Assembly: GCA_028826165.1 (NCBI GenBank)
Contig: JAPDFW010000129.1
Coordinates: forward strand, 1 to 64,000
DNA length: 64,000 bases
Direction of reading: 5' to 3'
Source: Anaeramoeba ignava BMAN
Lineage: Eukaryota; Protista; Anaeramoebae
The notes beneath the pieces are model-generated. The model worked only from the letters and a program-made list of their open reading frames with translations. It had not been told where the DNA came from and made no database searches. The position numbers and the translations under genes are program-made. Below are positions 23,603 through 36,000 of the stretch, piece after piece (position 1 is the first letter of the stretch; every line of letters begins with the position of its first letter).

Positions 23603-26421
23603 TTAGAGTTTATCAAAGAAACGATCAAGAGGAGGAATTTCTGGAGTAAGACCTTTACGTTTACGAGTTTCAAGAACAATGTTACGAACTTTTGAATTTT
23701 CACTGAAAGGAGAATCAGTCATAACATTCCAATGATCAAAAACAGATTGAGGGAAAGCTTGACCAGAGGTGTGACTTCTCAAATCTGCAGTAAATCCGAA
23801 AGACTCCATGACTGGAAGATAAGCTTTGACAAGGAAAATGGGTGTTCCGTGTTTTTGTTCTTCAGAAATGACTGTACCACGTCTACGGGTAAGAACAGTG
23901 TACATTCCTCCAATACAAGTTTCTGGTCCTTGAATTTCAACAAGATAGATTGGTTCCATAAGAGTTGGTTCTGCAGTAAGTTGTGAAGCATAGAAGACTC
24001 TTCGTGCTGTAGGGATGATTTGTCCACCACCACGATGAATGGAATCTGGATGAAGAGTAACATCGTGAATATTGAATCGGATTCCTCTCATGTTTTCTTC
24101 GCAAAGCACTCCTTCTTTGGTTGCCCATTGGAAGGCGGAAATAACAGAATCTTTAATTTCGTTCAAATATTGGACTCCTTTTGAAAGATCAACTAATAAG
24201 TTTGCTCCATTGTTTTCTGGTCCAAAACACCAGATTTTACGAGCTTCTGTTGTGTCCCATCCGAAGTTCTCTCCCATATATCGAGCACGAGATTTGGGTT
24301 CATCTCGTGGTGTGATTTTTCCATTTTCAATTTCGTTTTGCAATTCGGTATTCAAAGGTTCGGCCTTGACAAACAATCTGTTGTGTTTATTTGGTGATTT
24401 TGACAAACAGAGAATACTTGATTCAGAACGGACAGTTTCTCGGAAAGAGACAACAGGGTTGGATGTTATGATTGGGATACTGCAATATTCTTCTTGGAGA
24501 TCTTTCAAACAGATTTCAAGATGCAACTCTCCAGCACCAGCAATAATATGTTCTCCGCTCTCTTCAATGATACATTGCACACAAGGATCGGATTTACTCA
24601 ATCTTCTCAATCCTTCAACAAGCTTGGGTAAATCAGCAGGATGCTTGGCTTCAACAGCAACACGCACGACTGGTGACACTGAGAATTTCATAACTCGCAA
24701 ATTGTGTGCTGTTTCTGAGTCTGAGATTGTTCCTGATTTGAGCAAGTATTGATCAATTCCGACCAATCCAGCAATATTTCCGCAAGGACAATCAGAAAGG
24801 GTTTCGACATATCTTCCCATCATCAAAACAACTCTTTGGATATTTTTCACAAACAAATCTTCTTTCTTGCCAGGCTCGTAGTTAGGTCCCATAATTCTGA
24901 CTTTTTGTCCGCTTTTGATTGTACCTGAAAAGACTCGACCAAATGCGTAGAATCGTCCCTTATCGGTTGTCGGTACCATTTTAGAAATGTACATAATAAG
25001 CGCACCTTCAGGATTACATTCCCGAATTCCGTTGGCGCATTCGTCGTCCATTGGTCCTGTGTATAAGTTGTTGACTCTGTATTTTTGGGCAACGACTGGT
25101 GAAGGTAAATGAAGAACAATCATCTCCAAAAGTGCATCGGCGGCAGGAAGGAATTTTTTCATAACAGTTTTCAATAAATCTTTTTGGACCAATTCCTTTT
25201 CTTCTTGTTTCAAATGGATTCCCAATTTGGTGCACATTTGGACAACTTTGTCAATTTGGTTGTTCATGACTGCTTGGAAAATTTGTTGAATGGGTTCAAT
25301 AATGAATTGGCAAAATGCTCTTTTAAGTGGTTTTTTATTGGCAGTTAATCCAGTGTGGTTCCATTTTTTGGATTGTGGATCATAGAAGTTATCTCCCCAA
25401 AGTCTCTTGATGAATTTTTCTGGTTGAACTCCGAATTTTGATGCATACATTTTGGCAAATTTGTTGAGAGTAAACGCCCATCCATGAAGACCACTTCCAA
25501 AAGCAACGGTTCCTTTTTCAGGATAAACTTGAACATCTCCAAGAAGATCATCGTGATAAGTTGCAATAATAACGTTGACTGATTCAATGATTCTGACAAA
25601 GTTTTGGTACATTTCTTCAGAATCTAATTGCAATTCAAGAATGGCTCGATCAACTTTGTTAACAATAACAACAGGCTTGATTCTTTCTGTTAATGCTTGT
25701 CTTAACACAGTTTCAGTTTGGACACAAACACCTTCCACATTATCAACAACAACTAAAGCTCCATCTGTAACTCTTAAAGCAGCTGTGACTTCAGAAGAGA
25801 AATCAACGTGACCTGGTGAATCAATTAAATTGATCAAATGCTAAAAAAAGAAATGAAAATGAAATAAAAAAAGAAAATAAATTAAAAAATGAAAAATGAA
25901 TTAAAAAAAATTTGTTTTTAAATATTAGATCAAAAAACAAAAACATCAAACATTAGATCAAAAAACAAAAACAAAAACAAAAACATTCAAAAAAAAATTT
26001 TTTTTTTAAAATTTTATTATTCTACTTACACCTGGTTCAGTTCCTTCAGGAATATCTGCTTTATCCATTTCATAATAAAGTGAAACTGCTGTACTTTTAA
26101 TTGTAATGCAACGATCTTGTTCATCTTGTCTTGTATCTGTATATCTTGTTGTTCCAGCTTTTTCTCCAGCAATAATTCCAGCTTTGGAAATTAAACTATC
26201 TGTTAATGTTGATTTTCCATGATCTACATGTGCAATAACAGACATATTTCTAATATTCTTTTTCTTGTCCATCATTGCTCGACTATTTTTTTATTATAAT
26301 TATTTATTAAAAAAAAAAAACAACCAAAAAAAATTTTTTTTTTTTTTTTCAATTAAAATTTTTTTTTTTCTTTTTTTATATTTTATTTTATTTACATTTG
26401 TTCAATTGTAAACTTCACCAT
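23603..26421 (-). CDS. EEF2: Eukaryotic translation elongation factor 2, 3 exons
   Basis: MVKFTIEQI|[30 protein letters not shown]|[36 protein letters not shown]. Introns at about 26283-26395 and 25841-26029. Confidence 0.99.
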
Positions 26422-26645
26422 GATTCTCTATCTATTCTTTCTATTTTATTTATTTTTATTTTTTAATTTTAAATTAATTAATTAAAAAAAATTTTTTTTT
26501 TATTTTTATTTATAATTTATAATTTACATTCGCTAAAAAAAATAACAAGCGAAAAATAAAAATGAAAAAAAAAACAAAAATTAAATTAAAAAAAAAAAAT
26601 TTTTTTTCTTTTTTTTTTTTCTTTTTAAATAAATAAAAAAGATAG

Positions 26646-26662
26646 ATGACGTCATATGACAT
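26646..26662. promoter_or_regulatory. CRE/ATF-like palindrome ATGACGTCAT overlapping a second palindrome GTCATATGAC in the eEF2/OST4 divergent promoter
   Basis: One of very few G/C-containing islands in an almost pure A/T 380-bp intergenic region; perfect TGACGTCA core. Confidence 0.5.
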
Positions 26663-26801
26663 AATCATTTTTTTGCCCAAATAAATAAAAAAATTTTTAA
26701 TTAAAAATATTTTTCTTCTTTTTTTTTTTTCTCCTTTTTTATTTATTTATTTTTTTTATTTTTTTTTTCATTTTTTTTCTTTTTTAATTATAATTATAAT
26801 T

Positions 26802-26936
26802 ATGATAACAGACGCACAATTATTAATTATTTGCAATTCACTTGCTTTAGCAATTATTGTTTTACTTGTTGTTTATCATCTTATTAGTACAGAAAATGAA
26901 ATGAAAATTGAAACACAATTAAAAAAAAATAAATAA
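26802..26936 (+). CDS. OST4: Oligosaccharyltransferase subunit 4 (44 aa, below the ORF-track cutoff)
   Basis: MITDAQLLIICNSLALAIIVLLVVYHLISTENEMKIETQLKKNK* matches the OST4 pattern MITDxQL..N.L....hhVhYH. Confidence 0.9.
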   Translation: MITDAQLLIICNSLALAIIVLLVVYHLISTENEMKIETQLKKNK

Positions 26937-27122
26937 CCAAAATCAACAACAAAAATATCAACAAAAACAAAAACAAAAACAAAAACAAAAACAAAAACAA
27001 AAACAAAAACAAAAACATAATTTTTTTTTAAATTTGTTTTTTCATTCTTTCAATTTCTTACAAAGAAAAAAAAATTTAATTTTAATAAATAAATAATTAA
27101 ATAAAACAACATTAATTTTATT

Positions 27123-29280
27123 TCCAATTCCAATTCCAATTCCAATTCCAATTCCAATTCCAATTCCAATTCAAAATTATTTAAATTCAAAATTATTTAA
27201 ATTTAATATTATTTAAATTTAATATTATTTAAATTCAATATTATTTAAATTCAATATTATTTAAATTCAATATTATTTAAATTCAATATTATTCAATATT
27301 ATTTAAATTCAATATTATTTAAATTCAATATTATTTAAATTATTTAAATTATTTAAATTATTTAAATTCAATATTATTTAAATTCAATATTATTTAAATT
27401 CAAAATTATTTAAATTCAATATTATTTAAATTCAAAATTATTTAAATTCAATATTATTTAAATTCAATATTATTTAAATTCAATATTATTTAAATTATTT
27501 AAATTCAATATTATTCAATATTATTTAAATTATTTAAATTCAATATTATTCAATATTATTTAAATTATTTAAATTCAATATTATTTAAATTCAATATTAT
27601 TTAAATTCAATATTATTCAAATTCAAAATTATTTAAATTATTTAAATTCAAAATTATTTAAATTATTTAAATTCAATATTATTTAAATTCAATATTATTT
27701 TAAATTATTTAAATTATTTAAATTCAATATTCAATTCAATATTATTTAAATTTAATATTATTTAAATTCAATATTATTTAAATTATTATTTAAATTCAAT
27801 ATTATTTAAATTCAATATTATTTAAATTCAATATTATTTAAATTATTTAAAATTATTTAAATTCAATATTATTTAAATTCAATATTATTTAAATTATTTA
27901 AATTCAATATTATTTAAATTCAATATTATTTAAATTATTTAAATTTAATATTATTTAAATTCAATATTATTTAAATTCTTTAAATTATTTAAATTATTTA
28001 AATTTAAATTATTTATTTCAATAAATTATTTAAATTCAATATTATTTAAATTTAATATTATTTAAATTCAATATTATTTAAATTCAAAATTATTCCAATT
28101 CAAAATTATTTAAATTATTTAAATTCAAAATTATTTAAATTCAATATTATTTAAATTCAAAAATTATTCCAATTCAAATTATTTAAATTCAAAATTATTT
28201 AAATTCAAAATTATTTAAATTCAATATTATTTAAATTATTTTAAATTCAAAATTATTTAAATTATTTAAATTATTTAAATTATTTAAATTCGAAATTATT
28301 TAAATTCAATATTATTTAAATTTAAATTCAATATTATTTAAATTATTATTTAAATTCAAATTATTTAAATTATTTAAATTATTTAAATTATTAAATTATT
28401 TAAATTCAATATTATTTAAATTATTTAAATTATTTAAATTCAATATTATTTAAATTATTTAAATTCAATATTATTTAAATTCAATATTATTTAAATTCAA
28501 AATTATTTAAATTCAAAATTATTTTAAATTCAATATTATTTAAATTCAATATTATTTAAACAATTATTTAAATTCAATATTATTTAAATTATTTAAATTC
28601 AATATTATTTAAATTATTTAAATTCAATATTATTTAAATTATTTAAATTCAATATTATTTAAATTATTTAAATTCAATATTATTTAAATTATTTAAATTC
28701 AATATTATTTAAATTCAATATTATTCAATATTATTTAAATTATTTAAATTATTTAAATTCAATATTATTTAAAATTATTTAAAATTATTTTAAATTATTT
28801 TTAAATTATTTAAATTCAATATTATTTATTTAAATTATTTTAAATTATTTAAATTCAATATTATTTAAATTATTTAAATTCAATATTATTTAAATTATTT
28901 AAATTCAATATTATTTAAATTATTTAAATTATTTAAATTCAATATTATTTAAATTCAATATTATTTAAATTATTTAAATTATTTAAATTCAATATTATTT
29001 AAATTCAAAATTATTTAAATTATTTAAATTCAATATTATTTAAATTATTTAAATTATTTAAATTCAATATTATTTAAATTATTTAAATTATTTAAATTCA
29101 ATATTATTTAAATTATTTAAATTATTTTAAATTCAATATTATTTAAATTCAAAATTATTTAAATTATTTAAATTCAATATTATTTAAATTATTTAAATTC
29201 AATATTATTTAAATTATTTTAAATTCAATATTATTTAAATTATTTAAATTATTTAAATTCAATATTATTTAAATTCAATA
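27123..29280. repeat. About 2.1 kb degenerate satellite (ATTATTTAAATTCAAT and ATTATTTAA units), preceded by (TCCAAT)n
   Basis: Visible directly; mixed 16-mer and 9-mer units. Confidence 0.9.
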
Positions 29281-29284
29281 TTAA

Positions 29285-29810
29285 ATTTCTTTAAGATGAT
29301 CTGAATTTAAATTTAATTCCTTTAAGATGATCAGAATTTAAATTAAATTTCAATATTAAATTCAAATTAAATTTAATTCCTTTAAGATGGTCTGAATTTA
29401 AATTAAATTTCTTTAATATTAAATTCAAAATTAAATTAATTTCTTTAAGATGATCTGAATTTAAATTTAAATTTAATATTAAATTTCTTTAAGATGATCA
29501 GAATTTAAATTTAATTTATTTTAAGATGATCGAATTTAAATTAAATTTCAATATTAAATTCAATTTAATATTAAATTTCAATATTAAATTTCAATTTAAA
29601 TTAAATTTCAATATTAAATTCAATATTAAATTTCTTTAAAATGAATTTAAATTTAATTCCTTTAAGATGATCAGAATTTAAATTAAATTTCAATATTAAA
29701 TTCAAATTAAATTAAATTCCTTTAAGATGGTCTGAATTTAAATTAAATTTCTTTAAGATGATCTGAATTTAAATTTAATTCCTTTAAGATGGTCTGAATT
29801 TAAATTAAAT
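29285..29810. repeat. Array of about 10 copies of TTTAAGATG(A/G)TC(T/A)GAATTTAAAT with variable AT-only spacers
   Basis: Copies near 29290, 29321, 29381, 29444, 29488, 29520, 29661, 29721, 29752 and 29783. Confidence 0.85.
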
Positions 29811-30057
29811 TTCAATATTAAATTCAAAATTAAATTAAAAATTAAATTTTAATATTAAATTTCAATATTAAATTAAATTCAAATTAAATCAAATTTTAAT
29901 ATTGAATTTAAATCAAATTTTAATATAAATTCAAATTAAAAATTTTTTTTCCTTTTTTTATTTTTAATTAAAAAATTTAATAAAAAAGTGGATTTTTAAA
30001 TTTAATTAAAATTTTTTTTTTTTTCATTTTTTTCATTTTTTTCATTTCAAAAAAAAA

Positions 30058-33000
30058 ATGGAAACAAAAGATATTACTTTAATTTATGTCTCAAAAAATG
30101 ATCCTTCTATTCTCGTTCTTAAAATTAGAAACAAAACTTATAAACCAAAAACTTCTTTTCAAGGAATCCATTTTTTCACATTTCAATCTGGACATTCCTT
30201 TTCTTACTCAATAAATAATTCACAAACTATAGAAGTTAGAGAGTCTCAAAAACAAATTTTTTTCCGTTTTGATTGTGAAAAGCCAGATACTTATTTAATG
30301 TTTGAAGCAATAAATACTTATATTTCTCAATTAAATCAAGAAAAATACAAGAAGAAAACAAATAAAGAAGATTTTGATAGATTTATACAAATTTTTCTGC
30401 ATTTTTAGATGAAAAAATAAAAAAAAATCATTTGAAAAAGGATCAAAAACAAGACTATGAATTCGAAAGTCGAGATGCTCAATTTATTTCCCGGTTTCTT
30501 TTTCTTTTAAGTTCTCATTTTCATGAAAGCATTTTTGCCGGTTTATTAACGCAATCCACAAAAAAAATATTTATTGAAAGCAATAAGATAATCTATTTTG
30601 CTCATAAACATTCCAAGAATAAGACTGCCTATGAAAAAATATATCCTTTACTTAAAAAAATCCGAAAAATTCCAAACACTCAACTAACAACAGAATCAAT
30701 GAAAATTCGATTTCTTCCTCTTTTTGATACTTTTTCTCCTGATTTCACAGATAAGAAATCCGACTATCATTTCGAGCTTCCAGAACAAATTAATCAAGAT
30801 GATTTAGAGATTTGTCTTAATTCATTTTTAGAAACAAGAAAAGATGTTCCTCAAACAGTTATTGATTTTCTTTTCGACTTCAATACAGATTCAAAAAAAA
30901 AAAATTGGAACAATTTCGTCAATTCTCCTTTTTTCAAAATTTCAAAATTTCAACTTTTCGGAATGGAAAGTTTCCAAGAATTATTTGGAAAAATTGTTTT
31001 TCCAACATTAAAAAATTGGTTTGAATTTTGGATTGAATTTCCTTTTAAAAATCAAAACCAAAACCAAATTTCTCAAATAGCTATTCAAAATCTTGAATAT
31101 CAACCTTCTTATAATGAAAAAAATAGCACAAAAAAATTGAATAACTTACTTCAAATTTTTAATTCTCAAGCTTATCAAAAATATGGAAATCAAAAGAAAA
31201 AGAAAAAGAAAAAGAAAAATCAAAAGCAAAATGAAAAGAAAAAGAAAAAGCAAAAAGCAAAAGCAAAAGCAAAAGCAAAAGCAAAATCTTGAATTTATCA
31301 ATTATTTACAAGAAAAAACATCAATATTATATCAACACATGCTTGAAACACAAAAACTTTTCGACAAATTTCGAAAATCAAAAAATTTGAATTTAGCTTC
31401 CAAAATTCAAATTTCTTTTTTAGTAAAATACAATACAAATTCAAACAATGAACTTGTTAAACCTAATGAATGGAAACATATCATTAAGCAAAAGGGTAAA
31501 ATTCTTGGATTTGAAAAGTGGTATAAATCATTACTTTTGTTTATGAATTTCAAAAAAGATCATCCAAATGAAACAAATTCTCAAGAACAATTATCGGATT
31601 TTGAAAAAGAATTTACTGGAAAATTAAATCAATATTATAAAGGAATTAAAAAATTTTCTCGTGGAATTCAATCAGAAAAAAAAGCTTCCTTAGAAGAAGT
31701 TGAATTTTATTTAAGTAACAAAGATATTTTCACCGATTTCATTTATTTATTGCCTAACAGTGAAAACATTATCCAAAACATTACAAAATTTGAAGATTTG
31801 AAAAAGCAACTTCCTGTTAATTCCCAAAAATTTTTTCATGAATTTAAATATGGTCAGATCGAAAATTTTACAAATCTCCATAAATTTAATCAAAAAATTA
31901 TAAAAATTAAAGAATTTGGACAATTTATTAAAGAGATTAAAAATGATGATATTTTATATCACATCCAAAAATATGATAATCATTTCTATAAAGTAATACT
32001 CAGAAAAACAGTTAATAATATAGAAAATTGTACAATGGATTTGAAAAATATTTGCAAACAAACCAAAGAAAATTGGTTTGAATGGCAAGCACATATTTCA
32101 AATGATGCAATTAGAATTAATGAACTTGATCAAGAACTTCCATTGCAATATGAAAAAGAATTCATTGATAACCTTCAAGATCTTGATAACATTAACGAAA
32201 AGTCCATGAAAAAAATTAAGAAATTTTTCGAGTTTAGAAAACAAATCATGATTAATAATTCCTTTCTACTATTTTGCAAATTTTTTCTTTCAGAAGACCA
32301 ACAAAAAAAAGAGGCTGAAGAATTCCAAAAAATTGGAGATGAGATTGAAAAATTAAAAAAATGCAAATTGCACGAAATTAAAAAAAAATTTAAAACCATT
32401 TCAAAGCAAATTGGGTTAAAAAAAGAGGTTCTTGATTTTATTAATGAATTAATACCAACATACCAAGAAAATTCATTATTATTATGGAGCATTGAAAAAC
32501 AACACAAAATTTTGAAGAAGAACTTATTATATTGCAAAATCTTGATTTACCAGGGATTTTAATCAAAAATTTGAATATTTTATTGGAATTCATAAAAAAT
32601 ATAAATGATCCAAATAATAAATTCGAAACTATTCAAGATATTAAATCAAAACTCAAAGAAATCCAACTTCCTCAAGGAATTGATTTAAAATCTCTTCATG
32701 GAAAATTACCCGAAATTAAGGAAATACTGAACCAAAATGTTTCACAATATTTGATTTTTTTGATCAAGGAAATTTTTGAAAAAGGATGCAAATTGACTTT
32801 TGATTTAAAAGAACCCATTTTCAAATGTGAAATAAAAGATACTCAAGAAATTAAAACATATTATGATTTCAGGAATATGTGGAAAGTTTCACTAGATCAA
32901 GATAAACAAAACACAAGCGAAAACACAAACGAAAACACAAATGAAAAGCGAGATGTGTTAATTCACGCCCATTTTAAGCAGTTTATTCACCTTTATAATT

Positions 33001-36000
33001 TAATTGATTCCATTTACCAAAAAATTATTAGATTTATTCCTATAAGATATTTTAAATTCATTAAACAAATTAATAAACCCATTGAAATTAAACCGGATAA
33101 TATTGATTACGATGCTGAATTAACACAATTTGAAGAAGATTTGTCCCAAATACTAGATGATTGGATAAAAAATTCTCAAGAAATTTCAAAGCATTTATTA
33201 TCAGGTCTTTTCTCTGAAACCCAATATCTTTTCTTTTTCGGTTCTTTAATAAAAGATAATGATGAAAAAGATTTAGATAAACAAAAGCATATTGAATTAG
33301 CTTTAAGATTGATTTTTGGATATGAAAGAAAGGATCAAGTACAAAACGTATTAAAAACTTTATTTGAAAAAAGTTTATCTGAATGGGTCACTACTTCGCA
33401 AGTTGTCTTTCAGGAAATGCAACCAATATTTAATTTGGAATCAATACAAAAAGAAGCTTTTATCGATATAGGAGAAAATTTATTATTAGAAGACGAATCT
33501 GATCTCCGAACAACATTTATAAACAAATTAAAAAAAGAAGGCAAATATATATACATACTTAAAGTTCCAAATGAATCTCCTGTTCTTTCATATGCCACAT
33601 TAGCTTTTTATTTATTTTCAAGTTCTTTTCCTTTGAGAGAGCAAATTTTATTTTGCACCCCAAACACAACAAAGAAAGATATTGAAGCCTTCTTTTTGGT
33701 TCATTATCATTATAACTCTAAACATAGTGATAAAAAATCAACAATTCAAGTCAATCCATTTTTTGCAATTATCAATCCAAATCTTTTATCACAAGAATGT
33801 CAAGAGATAATTTCCACTAAAAAATCACCTCAAAAAAAGAAGTATAAAGTACCAATAATTAATTTTGTTTCAGCAAATTCAGAAAACCAGTTTTTAGATA
33901 CTCATTTCAAAAAAAATATGATTAAAAACATAAATTTCCAACAATATGAAGAATATATAGCTGAAATAATGGAAAGACTCACCTTTTTATAAGCAAATTC
34001 ATGTTTTTTATTCTTCATCTCCAGGAAACGGAAAAACTTATCAGATTAGAAAATTTTGTGATAAAAAACAGCAAGAATCTGATGAATACCATCTTATTCA
34101 GCTTAAAATAGGAGATGTCACAGAATTAGTCGAAGAATTGAACAATATCGATGACAAATCTGCAAATGACCAAAATAAAAGATTTATTCATATAGAATTT
34201 CCGAACGAATGCTCCGTTGAAATAACTTATGCTCTTTGGCAACTTTCCATGTGGGGATCTATTGAAAACAAGAAAATTGAAAGATGGAATCATTTTTGTT
34301 GGAATTTACCTGAGAATACAACACTTTTATTTGAAATTCCAAGCACAGAAAACTTATGGCAGTTTTTTTATCCATTAAAAGAGTTTAATTTTCATGAATG
34401 TTCTTTCTCAGAAGAAAAATTTTCTTTTGATTATTATGAATTCTCTGAGGACTTATACAAAATTTATAAAAAATCAGATGATGATCTGAGAAAAGTTGCT
34501 AATTTTTTGATAGAACTTGACAAAAAATCGTTATTTGAAAGCCAAGATCATTTATCACACTTAAAAGATAAATTAAATGAAATTAGACAAGATTTATCAA
34601 TTAGAGATTTTGTGCAAATTTCAGAAACAAAATTTAAACAAATTCTTGAAAAATTAGATAGTAGTAATAATTCCCAAATTCCATTCACTTTTGAGTTATT
34701 TTCTCATTTTTGGAAATCTTTAAAGGCATTTATTAATCCAATTATCAATTGGGATATTTTCACCAGTGATGAACAATTTCGTGGAAGGGAAACTTATCAA
34801 GAATTTGAAACTTTTCTAAATTGTTGGGTTATATCAGTTGCAAGATCTTCAATCATTCCCTTTCTGTCCAAAAATTTGCAAAATTTTGATAAATTCGAAA
34901 CAACATCTTTAAATATCAAATTTGAAGAAAATATACCCAAAATGGTTAGTGATGAATCTGACTCTATGAAAAAACCATATGGTGCTTTATTTCGAAAAAC
35001 CACAGTGGAAAACAGATCTCATCTCCTTGAAGAAGAACAAAATTTATTTTCAACAAAAGATAGCTCTTTTGGAGTATCCATTTCTCAAGATATTCCTAAT
35101 AATCTTCAATTTGAGCACATTTTCAGATTATTTTCATTTCTAATCCCAGAAAAAAACATGGGAGAGTTAATTGAAAATCACGATGAACAAAAAGTCAAGT
35201 ATGCTCTAACTCTTGATAACATTTCCAAAATGCTTTTTATCCAATTTAGAATGTTTGTTGGACTTCCCTTGATTTTGGTTGGAGAAACTGGATGTGGAAA
35301 AACAGCGTTAGTCAAATATTTATTTGAGAACATCTTAAATCACAAATTTGAAATGATAACTGTTCATGGAGGAATCAAAATTGAGGAAATAGAGAAATTA
35401 ATCCAAAAAGCAAAGGCTGATAGCACTTATAGATTTATTCTTTTTTTTGATGAATTGAATACAGCTCCTAAACCATATATCCAATTATTCAAATATTTGT
35501 TCAAGGATAGAACATTCAATAACAAAATGATTCCTCCAAATATTCAATTAATTGGCTCAATTAATCCATATCGAAAACGAAGAGAAATTGATTCCAAAAT
35601 TTCAAATATGGATGATTTTGATTTGGTTGATGATTTCCAAGAAAAAAGAGAAGAATATGAAGAAATTCGAAATGCTGTTTATCGTGTTCATGAAATCTCC
35701 AATTCATTAAAACAGGTTAGTATTGAGTTTGGATCACTTAAAGACAATGAAGAAGAGAAATACATTAACAAAATGATTAAAAATGCTTTTCTAGCAATAT
35801 TTAACAATGATGAAAATAAATATAATTCTTTCGAAAACCAACGCGAAAAGCTTGAAAAATACATTCGCGAATCCCAGAAGTTTATGAGAACAAATCAAAA
35901 TATCAAAAATTTGGATGAAAACGCACAAACAAATTTAGCTTCTTCAGTTTCACTTCGAGATGTTTCAAGAACTCTTCGAGTATTTAGATGGCTTTATGAA

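Noticed and set aside
23732-25811. Overlapping and antisense ORFs within eEF2 (for example 24072-24752 +)
   Set aside because: Shadow ORFs of a higher-GC conserved CDS with no independent motifs.
29285-29810. CRISPR array
   Set aside because: The spacers are low-complexity, repeated and very unequal in length; the context is eukaryotic and there are no cas genes.
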